IMG/VR virus record: IMGVR_UViG_3300009104_000017
Span: 3,308 to 67,307 of that record
DNA: 64,000 bases
Source: a virus
Strand: one strand, 5' to 3'
In this document: positions 1 to 9,963 of the stretch, one piece after another
Layout: every line of letters begins with the position of its first letter
Position numbering within the stretch: the first letter of the stretch is position 1
Position numbers and translations under genes: made by a program
Notes under the pieces: model-generated
What the model was told of the DNA's origin: nothing
Database searches by the model: none
The model's input: the letters and a program-made list of their open reading frames with translations, nothing else

Positions 1-1
1 T

Positions 2-301
2 GTTCTTTGCAAGTCCTGATGCGTCGTGGCTGAGATTATTACCTGCGCCAATTGTTCCAGTTGCTTTCAAGAAGACGATAAGTCCGCTTCCTGTTATAAC
101 TGATGCTGGGTCTCCGTTTGTTGCGTCAACAAACAAAACACCAATAGCATTTGATTGGTCTGGTAAATCTGCGTCAGCTGCGACTACATTTGCACTGTCA
201 AAAATCACAAAAGTTCCTGCATCGATATCTGCGCCTGCGTTAGCAACCTTCATGATACGTGCAGGTGCGCCACCGTCATTTACTAATATATTTGGGGCCA
301 T
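2..301 (-). CDS. capsid cement/decoration-like protein (runs off left edge)
   Basis: Manual translation MAPNILVNDGGAPARIMKVANAGADIDAGTFV...AIGVLFVDATNGDPASV; GGTGA RBS; follows protease/scaffold gene; Gly/Ala-rich pattern like DUF2190-type cement proteins. Confidence 0.55.
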   Translation of the reverse strand, partial: MAPNILVNDGGAPARIMKVANAGADIDAGTFVIFDSANVVAADADLPDQSNAIGVLFVDATNGDPASVITGSGLIVFLKATGTIGAGNNLSHDASGLAKN

Positions 302-311
302 ATTTCTTCAC

Positions 312-1577
312 CTATTTTTCTTCTCCTGTAAAAACAATGCGTCCATTTTCCATCGCAAACATGCGTGGTGTTTCTGCTTCTGCTTCTACTGGCTGTTCCT
401 CATCACTGTGAGCTTTACCTTTTCCAAAAGTACGTTCTGCTTCCTCTGGTACTGGCATAGACTCCATAGCGATTGAGAATCCTTCTAGCTTAACCTCATC
501 CCAAGACGTGAGCTCCGAAACACGTGCTTCCTTGGCGTCGTCATCGACTTTGCCCAAGAGAGCTTCCTTCTCTATGATTGTGTTGACGAAGTTAGACTTT
601 CTTGCTTCTGCTTCTGCTTCTGCTAGTTTTGTCTTCTCTTCCTCAAAGCTTGTAATCATAGCGAGGGCTTCTTCGTGCTTGGCGTTCAGCTCATCGTAGG
701 AGGTCTTCATTTCTGCGAGTTGGTCTCTCATAGCTGCGAATTCACGCTCTACGATTGACTCTTCTCCAGAAACATCCTTATTTTCTACTGTTTCTTCAGC
801 CATAGTTATTTCCTCGCTGTGTGTCCCGTGTGTTTCACAGGCACATGCATCTTCTCCATGGCTACCACAGCCACAAGAAGATTCTGATTCCTCACCGAAT
901 TCACGGTGGTCATCACATTTCTTTCCTTCTTCAATTGTACATGCGTCACAAACGGGCGTGCGGGTTTCATTATCTATGAAACTCACCTCGATAGGACGTA
1001 TGTCGGTTGCAAACGGCTCTCCCATGACATCGATGTCTTTGGAGAACCAATCGATACTCACATGCGTCATATCACCGTTTTCTATCTTTTCTAGCACTTC
1101 ATTAGCTTTTGCTGCATCCTTATGAATGCGTGCAAGCATTTTAATACCTTTTTTACCATCTTCCATGTCAACCAACTCTGGGTTGATAGCCTTTCCGAGT
1201 AAATCGTCGTCGGTTCTCTGGTGATTGTAATAAACAGGCAGCTCTTCAAAAGCTTTCATATTCTGTTCGAGTATGGAGGGTTCTATAAAAACCTTTTGGT
1301 CGCCATCCTCGTCGTGGGGGCCCGACGTGATAGCAACAACTGGATATTCTATAAAATCATCTCCAACTATTGCGTCTCCTAAACCTAGCGCAAAAGTGCG
1401 CTGGGTCCCTTTTCGGTCCCCGGCAAAAGAACGAATATTTCTATCTTTAAATACTCCTTCATCTACCCTCATGCGGCATATATTGGCCGCAGTCTCTTCG
1501 TAGTTTTTGTCTCCACGCTTTTTTAGCGTAGGAGCTACTTCTATCAAACAACGCTCGTACACGTATTCATCGCTCAT
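312..1577 (-). CDS. prohead protease fused to acidic coiled-coil scaffold
   Basis: Follows portal; PVYYNH...LGK and HVSIDW...IEVSFID HK97-type protease motifs; acidic coiled-coil C-terminus. Confidence 0.75.
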   Translation of the reverse strand: MSDEYVYERCLIEVAPTLKKRGDKNYEETAANICRMRVDEGVFKDRNIRSFAGDRKGTQRTFALGLGDAIVGDDFIEYPVVAITSGPHDEDGDQKVFIEPSILEQNMKAFEELPVYYNHQRTDDDLLGKAINPELVDMEDGKKGIKMLARIHKDAAKANEVLEKIENGDMTHVSIDWFSKDIDVMGEPFATDIRPIEVSFIDNETRTPVCDACTIEEGKKCDDHREFGEESESSCGCGSHGEDACACETHGTHSEEITMAEETVENKDVSGEESIVEREFAAMRDQLAEMKTSYDELNAKHEEALAMITSFEEEKTKLAEAEAEARKSNFVNTIIEKEALLGKVDDDAKEARVSELTSWDEVKLEGFSIAMESMPVPEEAERTFGKGKAHSDEEQPVEAEAETPRMFAMENGRIVFTGEEK

Positions 1578-2854
1578 TCTTCTCTATCCCCCGTAGTATT
1601 AGCGGCTGGTTCGTTACCAGCGCGTTTCTCAGTCCTTGCGGACTCTTCTTTCTTATCTTGGTCTTTACCACCGGAAACATTTACATTTTCTTCCGTTTCT
1701 ATCTCTTCCACTATTCCATCTGGATTTAGACCTCTCTCCAATCTTACTTCTTGAGGTGAAAGAACTCCCTCAGAAAGATAAATCATGTCTGTCTTAGCTT
1801 TCAAGAAAGCGTCATCAACATTCATTTGTCGGAATCTAAATTTAGCTTCTCCAGATTCTATCTGCGGCATAAGCTGCTGGTTGATAGATGCTTCTATCAT
1901 ATTCTGGAGGTGTCTAACATAAGGTTCGAATATAGGACGTGCTTGTTCTGGTTTGTCCCACATAGTCATTGGTACTTTAAGAGCCATATGTATCTTCTTT
2001 AATAAATCATCTGTGTACTTACCATATTCAAATGCTCTTTGAGTTCCTTGAAGTTCTCTAACTTCTATATCATTACCGTGAATTATATCTTCTCCCGGTT
2101 CTAATCCGTTGAAGGCTGATACAATTTCATTAATTTTGTCAGGACCATAAGGCATATCGGGAAGTCCAGCGCTAATATCAAACCTACTACTAGCGTATTT
2201 GTTGAGAGCAGTGCCAATATCCCGTTCTGCATAATCCTTAAGGTCAACCAAGTACAAAATTGGATGGATGTCACTAAGACCGTAAGCATAATCATCAAAT
2301 GGATTGTTTTTGAACTCAATAATTTCATTTTCTTCAAACCTCACAGATTCCTCATCCCCACCTAAGTCTTGGTAATAATATTTTATCTGTCCATTCTCAT
2401 CTCTTTGAACATACATGTTCTGAGAAGAGCGTAAAACTAGGTTATCTCCTGTATATTCTAAATAAGAAGTACCAAATATTCTACCATTTCTTATCCAACT
2501 ATATAATACAGTTTCTATGTTTATATCGTCAAATAACTGGGTGATAGCCATTCTTTCGTCGTCATTATCGGTCACTATGTCGTATCCATCCTTAGATGCA
2601 TAAAGACATGGCAAATCTATAAGGGTTCTCACAATAGGGTCAGACAAATAAACGTTCATGTAGGTACGATAATCGCCTACCTGCGGTTCCTTGCTTCCAC
2701 TACTCCTCCCAAAGGAGCTTGAATTGTCTTGCAACTGAATCCTTCGAATAACTCCAGAGCCGTAGCTTCTAGGGTCATCCTTTGAGAAGGGTGGGTCTTG
2801 CCCAACAGTTGCGAAACTCCGCCTTTTAAAAGGCCAATAATCACTCAGAGCCAT
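1574..2854 (-). CDS. portal protein
   Basis: 426 aa between terminase and protease; EIIEFK...YGLSDI and LSPQEVRLERGL portal-like motifs. Confidence 0.85.
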   Translation of the reverse strand: MALSDYWPFKRRSFATVGQDPPFSKDDPRSYGSGVIRRIQLQDNSSSFGRSSGSKEPQVGDYRTYMNVYLSDPIVRTLIDLPCLYASKDGYDIVTDNDDERMAITQLFDDINIETVLYSWIRNGRIFGTSYLEYTGDNLVLRSSQNMYVQRDENGQIKYYYQDLGGDEESVRFEENEIIEFKNNPFDDYAYGLSDIHPILYLVDLKDYAERDIGTALNKYASSRFDISAGLPDMPYGPDKINEIVSAFNGLEPGEDIIHGNDIEVRELQGTQRAFEYGKYTDDLLKKIHMALKVPMTMWDKPEQARPIFEPYVRHLQNMIEASINQQLMPQIESGEAKFRFRQMNVDDAFLKAKTDMIYLSEGVLSPQEVRLERGLNPDGIVEEIETEENVNVSGGKDQDKKEESARTEKRAGNEPAANTTGDREE

Positions 2855-2883
2855 GGCTATCTTATAACTCTAGTTGCCCCTAG

Positions 2884-2897
2884 TATATAAAGCTTTC
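2884..2897 (-). promoter_or_regulatory. archaeal-type BRE/TATA promoter GAAAGCTTTATATA
   Basis: ~30 nt upstream of portal ATG; same or near-identical motif on - at 5327-5340, 5427-5438, 7492-7505, 58987-59000 and on + at 13745, 14210, 15008, 16612, 21374, 23585, 24303, 26645, 38675, 41279, 42375, upstream of genes or candidate RNAs. Confidence 0.85.
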
Positions 2898-2898
2898 G

Positions 2899-4578
2899 CT
2901 AGATTCCACCGGGTGAATGCTTTCTAAGGGGTCTTCTTGACCTACTTTTAGTAAATAAAGGCGTTGAAGAGTAGGATTTAAAGGTTTCGGTTGTTGTACG
3001 TGTAGGAGTATTTAAACTAACTGATGAAAATGATGATTCTGGTGGTAACATACCTAATGCTGCATGTAATGCAATCACTGTGCTATCACAATAATCGTCG
3101 TGTTTTCCTTCAGGTGCTGCAATTTTCTCTGTTTTTTGTGCAGCGTCCATAACATATTCCAAATCTATATGTTCTCTAAGCCATTTGTTGACTAACTTTG
3201 CTTCGTTCGGAGGTAATCCTTTAGGGTCAGGAACTTTAACCATTCCTTTTTGTATATAGGACACCATATCTCTATATACTTGTGTTTTAGTTCCTTTTGG
3301 TCCTCCTGTAAATATAAACGGTGTAAAATGTATTTGTGGTTTGTGTTGTATGCACGCCAGTCTCATCTCTTGTTCAATCGCTCCGCCAATACCTGTAGCG
3401 TCGATAATAAGCCTACTAGCACCAAAATCCCTACAATTAGCGAGTATACGACTTCGCTGATAAGGAATATCGTGTCCTCCAGATTTAGGTCCAATCTCTT
3501 CCAAGGAAATAAGTCTAGCAATGTTTCCCTCGTTTCCTTTTTCAGTAGCCCAAATACTAATAACAGTTGAATTAACGGACTTACCAATATCCACGCCCAC
3601 AACACAGTTATTAACTTTTGTTCCGCGCTCGACAAAGGAATAGGCTTCTCTACAGGCTTTAACAGCTTCGGGATTGAAGATTTGCGAAACCGACTCGATG
3701 AACTCGCACTCATATTCTGTCCTCCAATAAATTGAATCTTCTCCCCATTCAGTCATTTTAGTTAACATATCACTTTCTGTATATGGGGCAGAATAAGCTC
3801 TGCCTGCTTGAACAGCGTCTCTCCATGTAAAATGCATTCTATCAAAACTATCTCCATATCCATCATCGTAGAGATAGCGATACATATGGTTCTCTTTACT
3901 CTTAGGCGTACCTAAATTAATGAAAGGTGCCTTATTAGATACAATACATGGCTCTACATTATCTATAAAAAGCTTATCATCTATAAGTGGACTCTCATCT
4001 ACTACTAAGAAAGTAGGATGTTGTCCTCTAATAGCTTGACCTTGATTTGAAGCTGCGATAGGAGCTCTACGAAGCACCGTCCCACCCTTCATTGTGATAT
4101 TAGGCTTATTGTGATGCCTAAAATGGTCTATTAAGCCCATTAAAAAATCATTATCCGCAAAATGTCTATAACAGTAATTAAAGATAAGTGAAGCTTGGTC
4201 CTCAGATGGAGCCAAAACAAATATTAAATCTCTAAATCTTTTAAAGAACATATATATAACTACAGCTACAGAAAGAGCGTAGGATTTGCCTGAACCACGT
4301 GGAGCCAATATAGCTACCTTACGATGTTTTGCGGGGTCACCGGACGGGTGTGTCAAACATTTTAATACTATTTGTTCTTGTAATGGTCGTAGCTTTAGAG
4401 GTCTTCGATGTTGGTCAATTAGATAAGATTCACAAAATGCTCTAATCAATAATAACATTTTCTTATCGTCTTTTCTACATGCTTCAAAAACTTGTTCTAA
4501 TGCTCTAGAATCGTGTGCTAACTTCCCACTAATAGCTGCGTTCAGTTTCTTCTGTTCGTTCTTCACCGGGGTCGTCAT
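2899..4578 (-). CDS. terL: terminase large subunit
   Basis: Walker A APRGSGKS, Walker B LVVDES, nuclease GVDIG and HDDYCDS motifs. Confidence 0.95.
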   Translation of the reverse strand: MTTPVKNEQKKLNAAISGKLAHDSRALEQVFEACRKDDKKMLLLIRAFCESYLIDQHRRPLKLRPLQEQIVLKCLTHPSGDPAKHRKVAILAPRGSGKSYALSVAVVIYMFFKRFRDLIFVLAPSEDQASLIFNYCYRHFADNDFLMGLIDHFRHHNKPNITMKGGTVLRRAPIAASNQGQAIRGQHPTFLVVDESPLIDDKLFIDNVEPCIVSNKAPFINLGTPKSKENHMYRYLYDDGYGDSFDRMHFTWRDAVQAGRAYSAPYTESDMLTKMTEWGEDSIYWRTEYECEFIESVSQIFNPEAVKACREAYSFVERGTKVNNCVVGVDIGKSVNSTVISIWATEKGNEGNIARLISLEEIGPKSGGHDIPYQRSRILANCRDFGASRLIIDATGIGGAIEQEMRLACIQHKPQIHFTPFIFTGGPKGTKTQVYRDMVSYIQKGMVKVPDPKGLPPNEAKLVNKWLREHIDLEYVMDAAQKTEKIAAPEGKHDDYCDSTVIALHAALGMLPPESSFSSVSLNTPTRTTTETFKSYSSTPLFTKSRSRRPLRKHSPGGI

Positions 4579-4867
4579 CTAGGTCTCCTAGGAATGCCAT
4601 AAAATTCTCTGTATTCTTTTCAGTCACTGTAGGCACTTCAATATTTAATGCTTTAAATTCAGTATGTATATCACGCACTATCGAGTTTCTTTGTCGCAAG
4701 AGCTCTGTTCGTAAGTCAACATCCCGAATATGTAAAGAAATTTCTTCCCAAAGCACGTCTTCAAGCGCAAGATTGCGCGCCAGAAGGCGGACAAGCTCTT
4801 TATGCCTAGCATATTCAGCTTCTCCTACCCTCTCGCGAAGTCGCGTTTCGTATCCCTCGACGTCCAT
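4529..4867 (-). CDS. probable terminase small subunit
   Basis: Helical 112 aa protein directly upstream of and overlapping terL. Confidence 0.55.
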   Translation of the reverse strand: MDVEGYETRLRERVGEAEYARHKELVRLLARNLALEDVLWEEISLHIRDVDLRTELLRQRNSIVRDIHTEFKALNIEVPTVTEKNTENFMAFLGDLDDDPGEERTEETERSY

Positions 4868-5292
4868 TACTTTTGTTCGGCAAGGGCTGCTTTAACTTTA
4901 GATTTTACTAAGCCAGCAAGTTCATCGTCTTTTTCATCCCATGCTGTAATTAATACATTACGGACTAAAGAGTCTTTAACATGCTTTTGTGCTTGTTCAT
5001 CTAAAGCATCAAATGCTTTCATCTGGGCTTTTGTTAGATTCTTATCTAATATTCCCATTAATTCAGCTTCGTTATTCTTCAAATACTTGAAAACTAACAT
5101 TTTAACTGCTGGCACTGTGTAAGCAATGTATGCTCCCATAGCCAATACAATAGCAGCTAAAGCCATCAATAATGGTTCATCCATAAGCTGGTCTAACAAA
5201 CCGCTTTCTTCTACAGTGTCCAAGATAGCAGTAAGATTTCCATCATCACTGGTCTCATTGGCAGCTGTTTCGTTAGTTGTTTCGTTTGTCAT
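4867..5292 (-). CDS. single-TM membrane protein
   Basis: Hydrophobic LLMALAAIVLAMGAYIAY segment; own promoter and GGTGA RBS. Confidence 0.6.
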   Translation of the reverse strand: MTNETTNETAANETSDDGNLTAILDTVEESGLLDQLMDEPLLMALAAIVLAMGAYIAYTVPAVKMLVFKYLKNNEAELMGILDKNLTKAQMKAFDALDEQAQKHVKDSLVRNVLITAWDEKDDELAGLVKSKVKAALAEQK

Positions 5293-5344
5293 AGGTTTTC
5301 ACCTGTTTACTAATAGGGGAGGCCCCTATTTAAAGCTTTCGTTG

Positions 5345-5405
5345 TGTGGCCCCTAAGACACATATTGTAAGTATCCTGTGGTTTAGTGGTCCGTAAGGAG
5401 CCACA
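5345..5405 (-). ncRNA. candidate ~60-nt small RNA
   Basis: Own TATA promoter at 5427-5438; predicted start coincides with a 10-bp terminal stem UGUGGCUCCU/AGGGGCCACA. Confidence 0.5.
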
Positions 5406-5442
5406 TATTATAATAGGAGGCGCATGTATATAAAGCTTATGC

Positions 5443-5613
5443 TTATGCGTCAACTATAAGTATATAAGCCCATTGATTTCCAACTTGGAATACTTCTAAC
5501 AAGCGTATTGTTTTGCCAGTATCTATAGCGTCTAATTTAGTTTCTATAGCTGCTGCGCAAAGTGCTAAACTTGCGTACATTCCTGTGTGGTCATCTACGT
5601 CGTAATTTGCCAT
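5443..5613 (-). CDS. hypothetical 56-aa protein
   Basis: MANYDVDDHTGMYASLALCAAAIETKLDAID...; AGGAG RBS; below ORF-track cutoff. Confidence 0.65.
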   Translation of the reverse strand: MANYDVDDHTGMYASLALCAAAIETKLDAIDTGKTIRLLEVFQVGNQWAYILIVDA

Positions 5614-5624
5614 TTATATTTCTC

Positions 5625-6212
5625 CTATTTTTTCTTTGGTAATGTTATACCTGTTTCTATCATGTGTGCCTGCGCTTGTGCTTTACTTTCTATATCTTGT
5701 GCTTGCTTCTGAGCTTGATTATTATAATCAATTACAGACTGTGCTTTAATCTTATAGAATGCTGTTTTCTCTGCTTGTTCTTGTTTCCAAACGTCAAGGG
5801 CGTCTTTTATAATTAGAAGGGCTGGCCCACCTAATATAGCTATTAAAGTTGTATATGCTTCAATATTCTCAAGAACGGCTGCATTATTAAGTCCCGTATG
5901 TATAACGAACCCTGCAAACCCAACCCAGAGTAGCACTAAAGGTACGGCTATCAAAAACATGAAGATGTCATTAAATGTGACAGCTTCTTTTGCTACATCT
6001 TTTTCGTTGCTCATATATTCAGTCCTCCTTTTCGGTTTTATTTCGATTTTGTTTCTTTTGGGTAATCTTATCCGTGGTAATCGTAATGTAGGTATTTTTA
6101 TTAATCGACGTAAAAAAGAATACATTACCATAAATGCTAACATCACTGCGAAAGATGCCATGATGATTGCTAGTATTAGTAATATGTTGTTCAGTAACTC
6201 CGTATCTACCAT
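5625..6212 (-). CDS. multi-TM membrane protein (holin-like?), possible internal start at 6014
   Basis: Three hydrophobic segments; GGAGG SD before the internal ATG. Confidence 0.55.
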   Translation of the reverse strand: MVDTELLNNILLILAIIMASFAVMLAFMVMYSFLRRLIKIPTLRLPRIRLPKRNKIEIKPKRRTEYMSNEKDVAKEAVTFNDIFMFLIAVPLVLLWVGFAGFVIHTGLNNAAVLENIEAYTTLIAILGGPALLIIKDALDVWKQEQAEKTAFYKIKAQSVIDYNNQAQKQAQDIESKAQAQAHMIETGITLPKKK

Positions 6213-6215
6213 TTA

Positions 6216-6350
6216 TCATTCTTCCTCCATGAATCCGTTTTGTTTCACTTCTTCCATTTTTAAATCATTAATCATTTGTTTCAAATCATCCATATCGGAT
6301 ATAATTTTTTCTAACATATTTGTAAGTGAAAGCATTTGCTTTGCTTTCAT
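6216..6350 (-). CDS. 44-aa coiled-coil microprotein
   Basis: GGAGG RBS, ATGA overlap with upstream ORF. Confidence 0.6.
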   Translation of the reverse strand: MKAKQMLSLTNMLEKIISDMDDLKQMINDLKMEEVKQNGFMEEE

Positions 6351-6412
6351 TCCTCCTCCTTACAGCATGAGCAATCGCATTTTTCACAACACTCACAATC
6401 TATACAACACAT
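6347..6412 (-). CDS. 21-aa Cys-rich peptide MCCIDCECCEKCDCSCCKEEE
   Basis: TAATG overlap upstream and ATGA overlap downstream; 9 Cys. Confidence 0.55.
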   Translation of the reverse strand: MCCIDCECCEKCDCSCCKEEE

Positions 6413-7467
6413 TATACTTCAATCCTCCATCCTATTTCTTCTATGTCTCCGTCACCCCAATTAGTGGAATAACCTACATATTCTTCTACAAAGTTTCCTT
6501 CACTATCTTCATATCCGTAATAGTCACCATCTCCATTATAATCTGCATAATAAGACGTATAATAGAACCAGTAACCTTCATAAATGTCATTAAAATCTTC
6601 TTCTAACCCAACACCATATAATTCTTCATAATCAAACCAATGTTCATCTTCAGACCATCCTGAAATATTAAAGAACACTTGAGTATATACATAATTGTCG
6701 TAAGATAAGGATTTATTACCATTCTCATCTTCTTCAACCATAACATGTACTAAATCATAATATACCATTATAGGTAAAGGGTCTTCCATATCATCACAAT
6801 TGGTATCAAAGTCCATATAGAAGTCTATAACATTAACTGATGGTCTAGATACATTTCCATGAGATAATCCATCCCAAGCATACATATCTGTGTGATTACA
6901 GTGGTTTTCCTCATTCTCATAGTCGCAAGAACCATCGTCTTCTTCTGCTTTATCATTATAGTTGTTAGCGTCTATATCCATACAACCATACACAGTTTCG
7001 TTAGTATTTGTGTTGTTATCGGTGTTATTTCCGCCCTGATTAAGGATATTACACCTTCCATTGTCATGAGTAGCTTGAGGGTCATAATTAACCGCTTCAG
7101 GGTCAGTACAACCATAAACTATCACTACAAAATTACAACTTCCGTCGTCAAAAGTAGCTTTTGGGTTATAATTAGTTGCATTTTCCTCTAAACAGCCCCC
7201 GATGGGGCCAATATCTTCTTCACCATTCAAAAAATCGTGTATGATGGACATATTAGCCCCCCCACTCAAGAGCGCGAGCAACACAACGGTTAAAATTGTA
7301 CCTATTTTCTTACCGACTTGAGTTTCTCCTATCTTATCAGCTGCTTTGCCAATAGTTTCGAAGAGCTTCTCCTCTTCATCATCAGGTCTTTTGGAGCCTC
7401 CTATGCCTAGGATTTCACGTTCTTCTTCAGAAATCACGTTAATGGCTCCATAATCGTCGCGCGCCAT
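6412..7467 (-). CDS. acidic membrane-anchored protein with three GCxxxxAxNY...DxGxC repeats
   Basis: One TM helix, three Cys-bounded repeats, very acidic C-terminus; own promoter. Confidence 0.7.
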   Translation of the reverse strand: MARDDYGAINVISEEEREILGIGGSKRPDDEEEKLFETIGKAADKIGETQVGKKIGTILTVVLLALLSGGANMSIIHDFLNGEEDIGPIGGCLEENATNYNPKATFDDGSCNFVVIVYGCTDPEAVNYDPQATHDNGRCNILNQGGNNTDNNTNTNETVYGCMDIDANNYNDKAEEDDGSCDYENEENHCNHTDMYAWDGLSHGNVSRPSVNVIDFYMDFDTNCDDMEDPLPIMVYYDLVHVMVEEDENGNKSLSYDNYVYTQVFFNISGWSEDEHWFDYEELYGVGLEEDFNDIYEGYWFYYTSYYADYNGDGDYYGYEDSEGNFVEEYVGYSTNWGDGDIEEIGWRIEV

Positions 7468-7511
7468 TAATTATATTTTAGAACACGGTAGTATATAAAG
7501 CTTTCTCTCTA

Positions 7512-8516
7512 TTAGTCATCCCAAACGGTATTTTTCTCCCCTTCACCACTTTCTTCCATAGAAGAAAGCCCTAATTCCACATCAGAATCAGTAAAAACTA
7601 CGTTTTCGGCCTTTGCATACTTCTTTTTTGTACTTTTATTCTTAGGTTTCCATTTTGGTATCTCCGCATCACACGTTCCACCATTAGATGTGTGAAAAGA
7701 ACACCATTTACAGAGATTTTGAGGTTTTTGCTCGTAATTTTCCTCAATTTCCATCTTTTCCTTTAAACAATCGTGTACAAACATGATAATTTCCTTAGCT
7801 TCGTCTAAAACACCTTGGTTTACCTTAACATAGAAGGTATCGTCGAAACGTAAATAGTTAACACCAACAAAATTAGGCATGTCACCCATCTCTAATGTGT
7901 ACAAAAATGCGTAAATGATTAGCTGTCTGTAGTAATCTTCAGGTAAGTAAGGTCCATAACGCTTAGATGTTTTATAATCTAATAGGGTTGTACCGCCGTC
8001 AAAGTCATTACAGACAGCATCCACTATCCCAATTATGGCATAATCGTTGGATTTTACCCATTTTTCAGCATATTTTGGGGCTACAGAGTTCCAAGCTTGG
8101 TATTTTGACTTATAAATTTTCCATTCTACCATTTCATTAAGCTTTTTATCGACAGAAGCAACAAAATTCTGTAATAATGCCTCTGTTTCGACCTTCATAG
8201 CGTCCATTTCTTCGTCAGAATGCAATTCTCGCAGCCAAAACTTAGAATCTATGTCTTTTTTCCACCTAGTTTCGAATTGTTCTTGCATCCAAGCCGCTGG
8301 AGAGCCGTCTTCCCACTGTTTAAACGATTTAAACTGTTTTTTAAACAAATCTTCGAGCACAGCGTGTACCAAAGTACCTCTAAATAGGTGAATTGTCTTC
8401 TTTTCTGGTATTTTTGCTATGTATTTGTAGTAAAATTCGCGAGGACACTTCATGTAAGTGTTAATTTTGGACGGAGACAACCGCATAAAACTGGGTTCCC
8501 ACTTCTTTTCGCTCAT
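7512..8516 (-). CDS. Cas4/RecB-like PD-(D/E)XK exonuclease
   Basis: LSPSKINTYMKCP, GTLVH, GIVD...LLDYKT, QLIIY, C-terminal CKWC...C (split Fe-S ligand set). Confidence 0.88.
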   Translation of the reverse strand: MSEKKWEPSFMRLSPSKINTYMKCPREFYYKYIAKIPEKKTIHLFRGTLVHAVLEDLFKKQFKSFKQWEDGSPAAWMQEQFETRWKKDIDSKFWLRELHSDEEMDAMKVETEALLQNFVASVDKKLNEMVEWKIYKSKYQAWNSVAPKYAEKWVKSNDYAIIGIVDAVCNDFDGGTTLLDYKTSKRYGPYLPEDYYRQLIIYAFLYTLEMGDMPNFVGVNYLRFDDTFYVKVNQGVLDEAKEIIMFVHDCLKEKMEIEENYEQKPQNLCKWCSFHTSNGGTCDAEIPKWKPKNKSTKKKYAKAENVVFTDSDVELGLSSMEESGEGEKNTVWDD

Positions 8517-8640
8517 TCTTCCTCCGATTCTATCCAAGCGGTGTACTTTCTACCCTCTTTAGAAGGTTCGCTATCGACGCAAAGCGTCGCCGCGGGGCTA
8601 TCTCTTAGAGATTCTCTTAGTTTTTCTATTTCTGCTTCAT

Positions 8641-8955
8641 TCATGCTATCGGTTGCTCCAAATTTATAGTTATAGAAGCACTATTGGCTCCATTTTGCTC
8701 CCCGTTAGCTATTTTTAGCAATAGGAGATATCCAATTAAGTCATCTAGTGTATCTTCAGTAACATCATTGAGCCCAATGTTGTTTATACGGCTCAACTTA
8801 TCATCAATTCGAGCTTTGATAGCCTCAGCCGAATTGAGCTTAGAGAATATCCCCAAGGGCTTCAATGCACTATCTCCATAGTTCTCGTTCTTCGAGACTA
8901 ATAGAGCCTTAATGTCGTCACAAGCTTTTGTTATCTTTTGCTTTTGAGTTGTCAT
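8641..8955 (-). CDS. DUF1599/nucleotide-modification-associated all-alpha protein
   Basis: KNENYGDSA, ARIDDKLSRI, DTLDDLIGY motifs. Confidence 0.75.
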   Translation of the reverse strand: MTTQKQKITKACDDIKALLVSKNENYGDSALKPLGIFSKLNSAEAIKARIDDKLSRINNIGLNDVTEDTLDDLIGYLLLLKIANGEQNGANSASITINLEQPIA

Positions 8956-9370
8956 ACTATACCAAGAAGGAGTGTCTATATAAGGTTTACGGTGTGTTTG
9001 AAAGTACCACTGTTTGCCATGTAGAGCCCTAATAGCTATATATTATATATTAAGCTCTATTAAGAAAAGCTCTACTGGTATTTCACACTATATCTATTAT
9101 GCTCCCCCAAAAGTGACTTTCAAAAATTCCTCGATTTGTTCAGACCCCTACCTCTAAGGACGAGACATAATCTTTATTTCGTTTAGACGGGGGGGTATGT
9201 AGCAACAAAGTATCTATTGCGGGGTTAGTGGCTACATGTTTAATTACGCCACCCTCCCCGCTATGAGACATGTTCACATAGCAAGGGGTATATAAGGCTT
9301 ACGCTATGAGAATGAAAAAGCAAATGCTTATATAGGCACACTGTATGTGTATAGTAGAGGTAATACAAAC

Positions 9371-9661
9371 ATGACAACAGACAACAGAACCGACATGGCT
9401 AAGGCCATGCTCAATAAACTAAAGGCTATGCGCGCCATGAATATGGCACGTATAGGGGGGGCATAAATGGGACAAATGGTATGCCTATGTGGTAAGAGAT
9501 ACAGTGACCCTATTAATATGTATACACAAGAGAAGGACCCCTTCTTTATATGTATGGATAAGTGCTTAAGTGATAGGAGTAAGAGGCCCTCATATGAGGA
9601 GGTGCATGAGCACAACAGTAACTATGAGTATAAGATAGGGGGCATGATATGGGGTAAGTAA
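9371..9661 (+). CDS. two early microgenes (9371-9466; 9467-9661 Cys-containing)
   Basis: GAGGT RBS after TATA cassette; adjacent ORFs. Confidence 0.5.
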
Positions 9662-9805
9662 TACCCCCCCTATATATAAAGGTATCGCCTAGCACCCCAC
9701 CACACAAGCCCTTATATAGCCCCTTCCCCAGAGGGAGGGGTATATATAGGTATGGGTGCGGGGCGCACGGCGCCAGTGTTTAACCGCGCCGGTCTCCCCG
9801 CTGAA

Positions 9806-9875
9806 AGGGGGTATATAAGGCTTTGCGTAGTCTTTATATAGGCACACCGTATAGGTATACCAGAGGAAAAACATG
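9806..9875 (+). promoter_or_regulatory. repeated back-to-back TATA plus RBS cassette
   Basis: GGGGTATATAAGGCTTTGCGTAGTCTTTATATAGGCACACCGTATAGGTATACCAGAGGAAAAACATG; close copies at ~10374-10441 and ~12239-12308, variants at ~9285-9373 and ~13157-13202. Confidence 0.85.
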
Positions 9876-9963
9876 AACTACTACTCAGAAAAACACATGG
9901 AAAAAAAGCAAGCAAAAAAATTAACATCTACACAAGAAGATTTAATAAGCGGGGATTAAAAAT

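Noticed and set aside
5959-6606. 215-aa plus-strand ORF and similar antisense ORFs genome-wide
   Set aside because: Opposite to well-supported coupled genes, with no RBS or recognisable motifs
8576-8590. GC-rich mini-hairpin CGACGC-AAA-GCGTCG
   Set aside because: Single short stem inside a probable small ORF, with no repeat or context support
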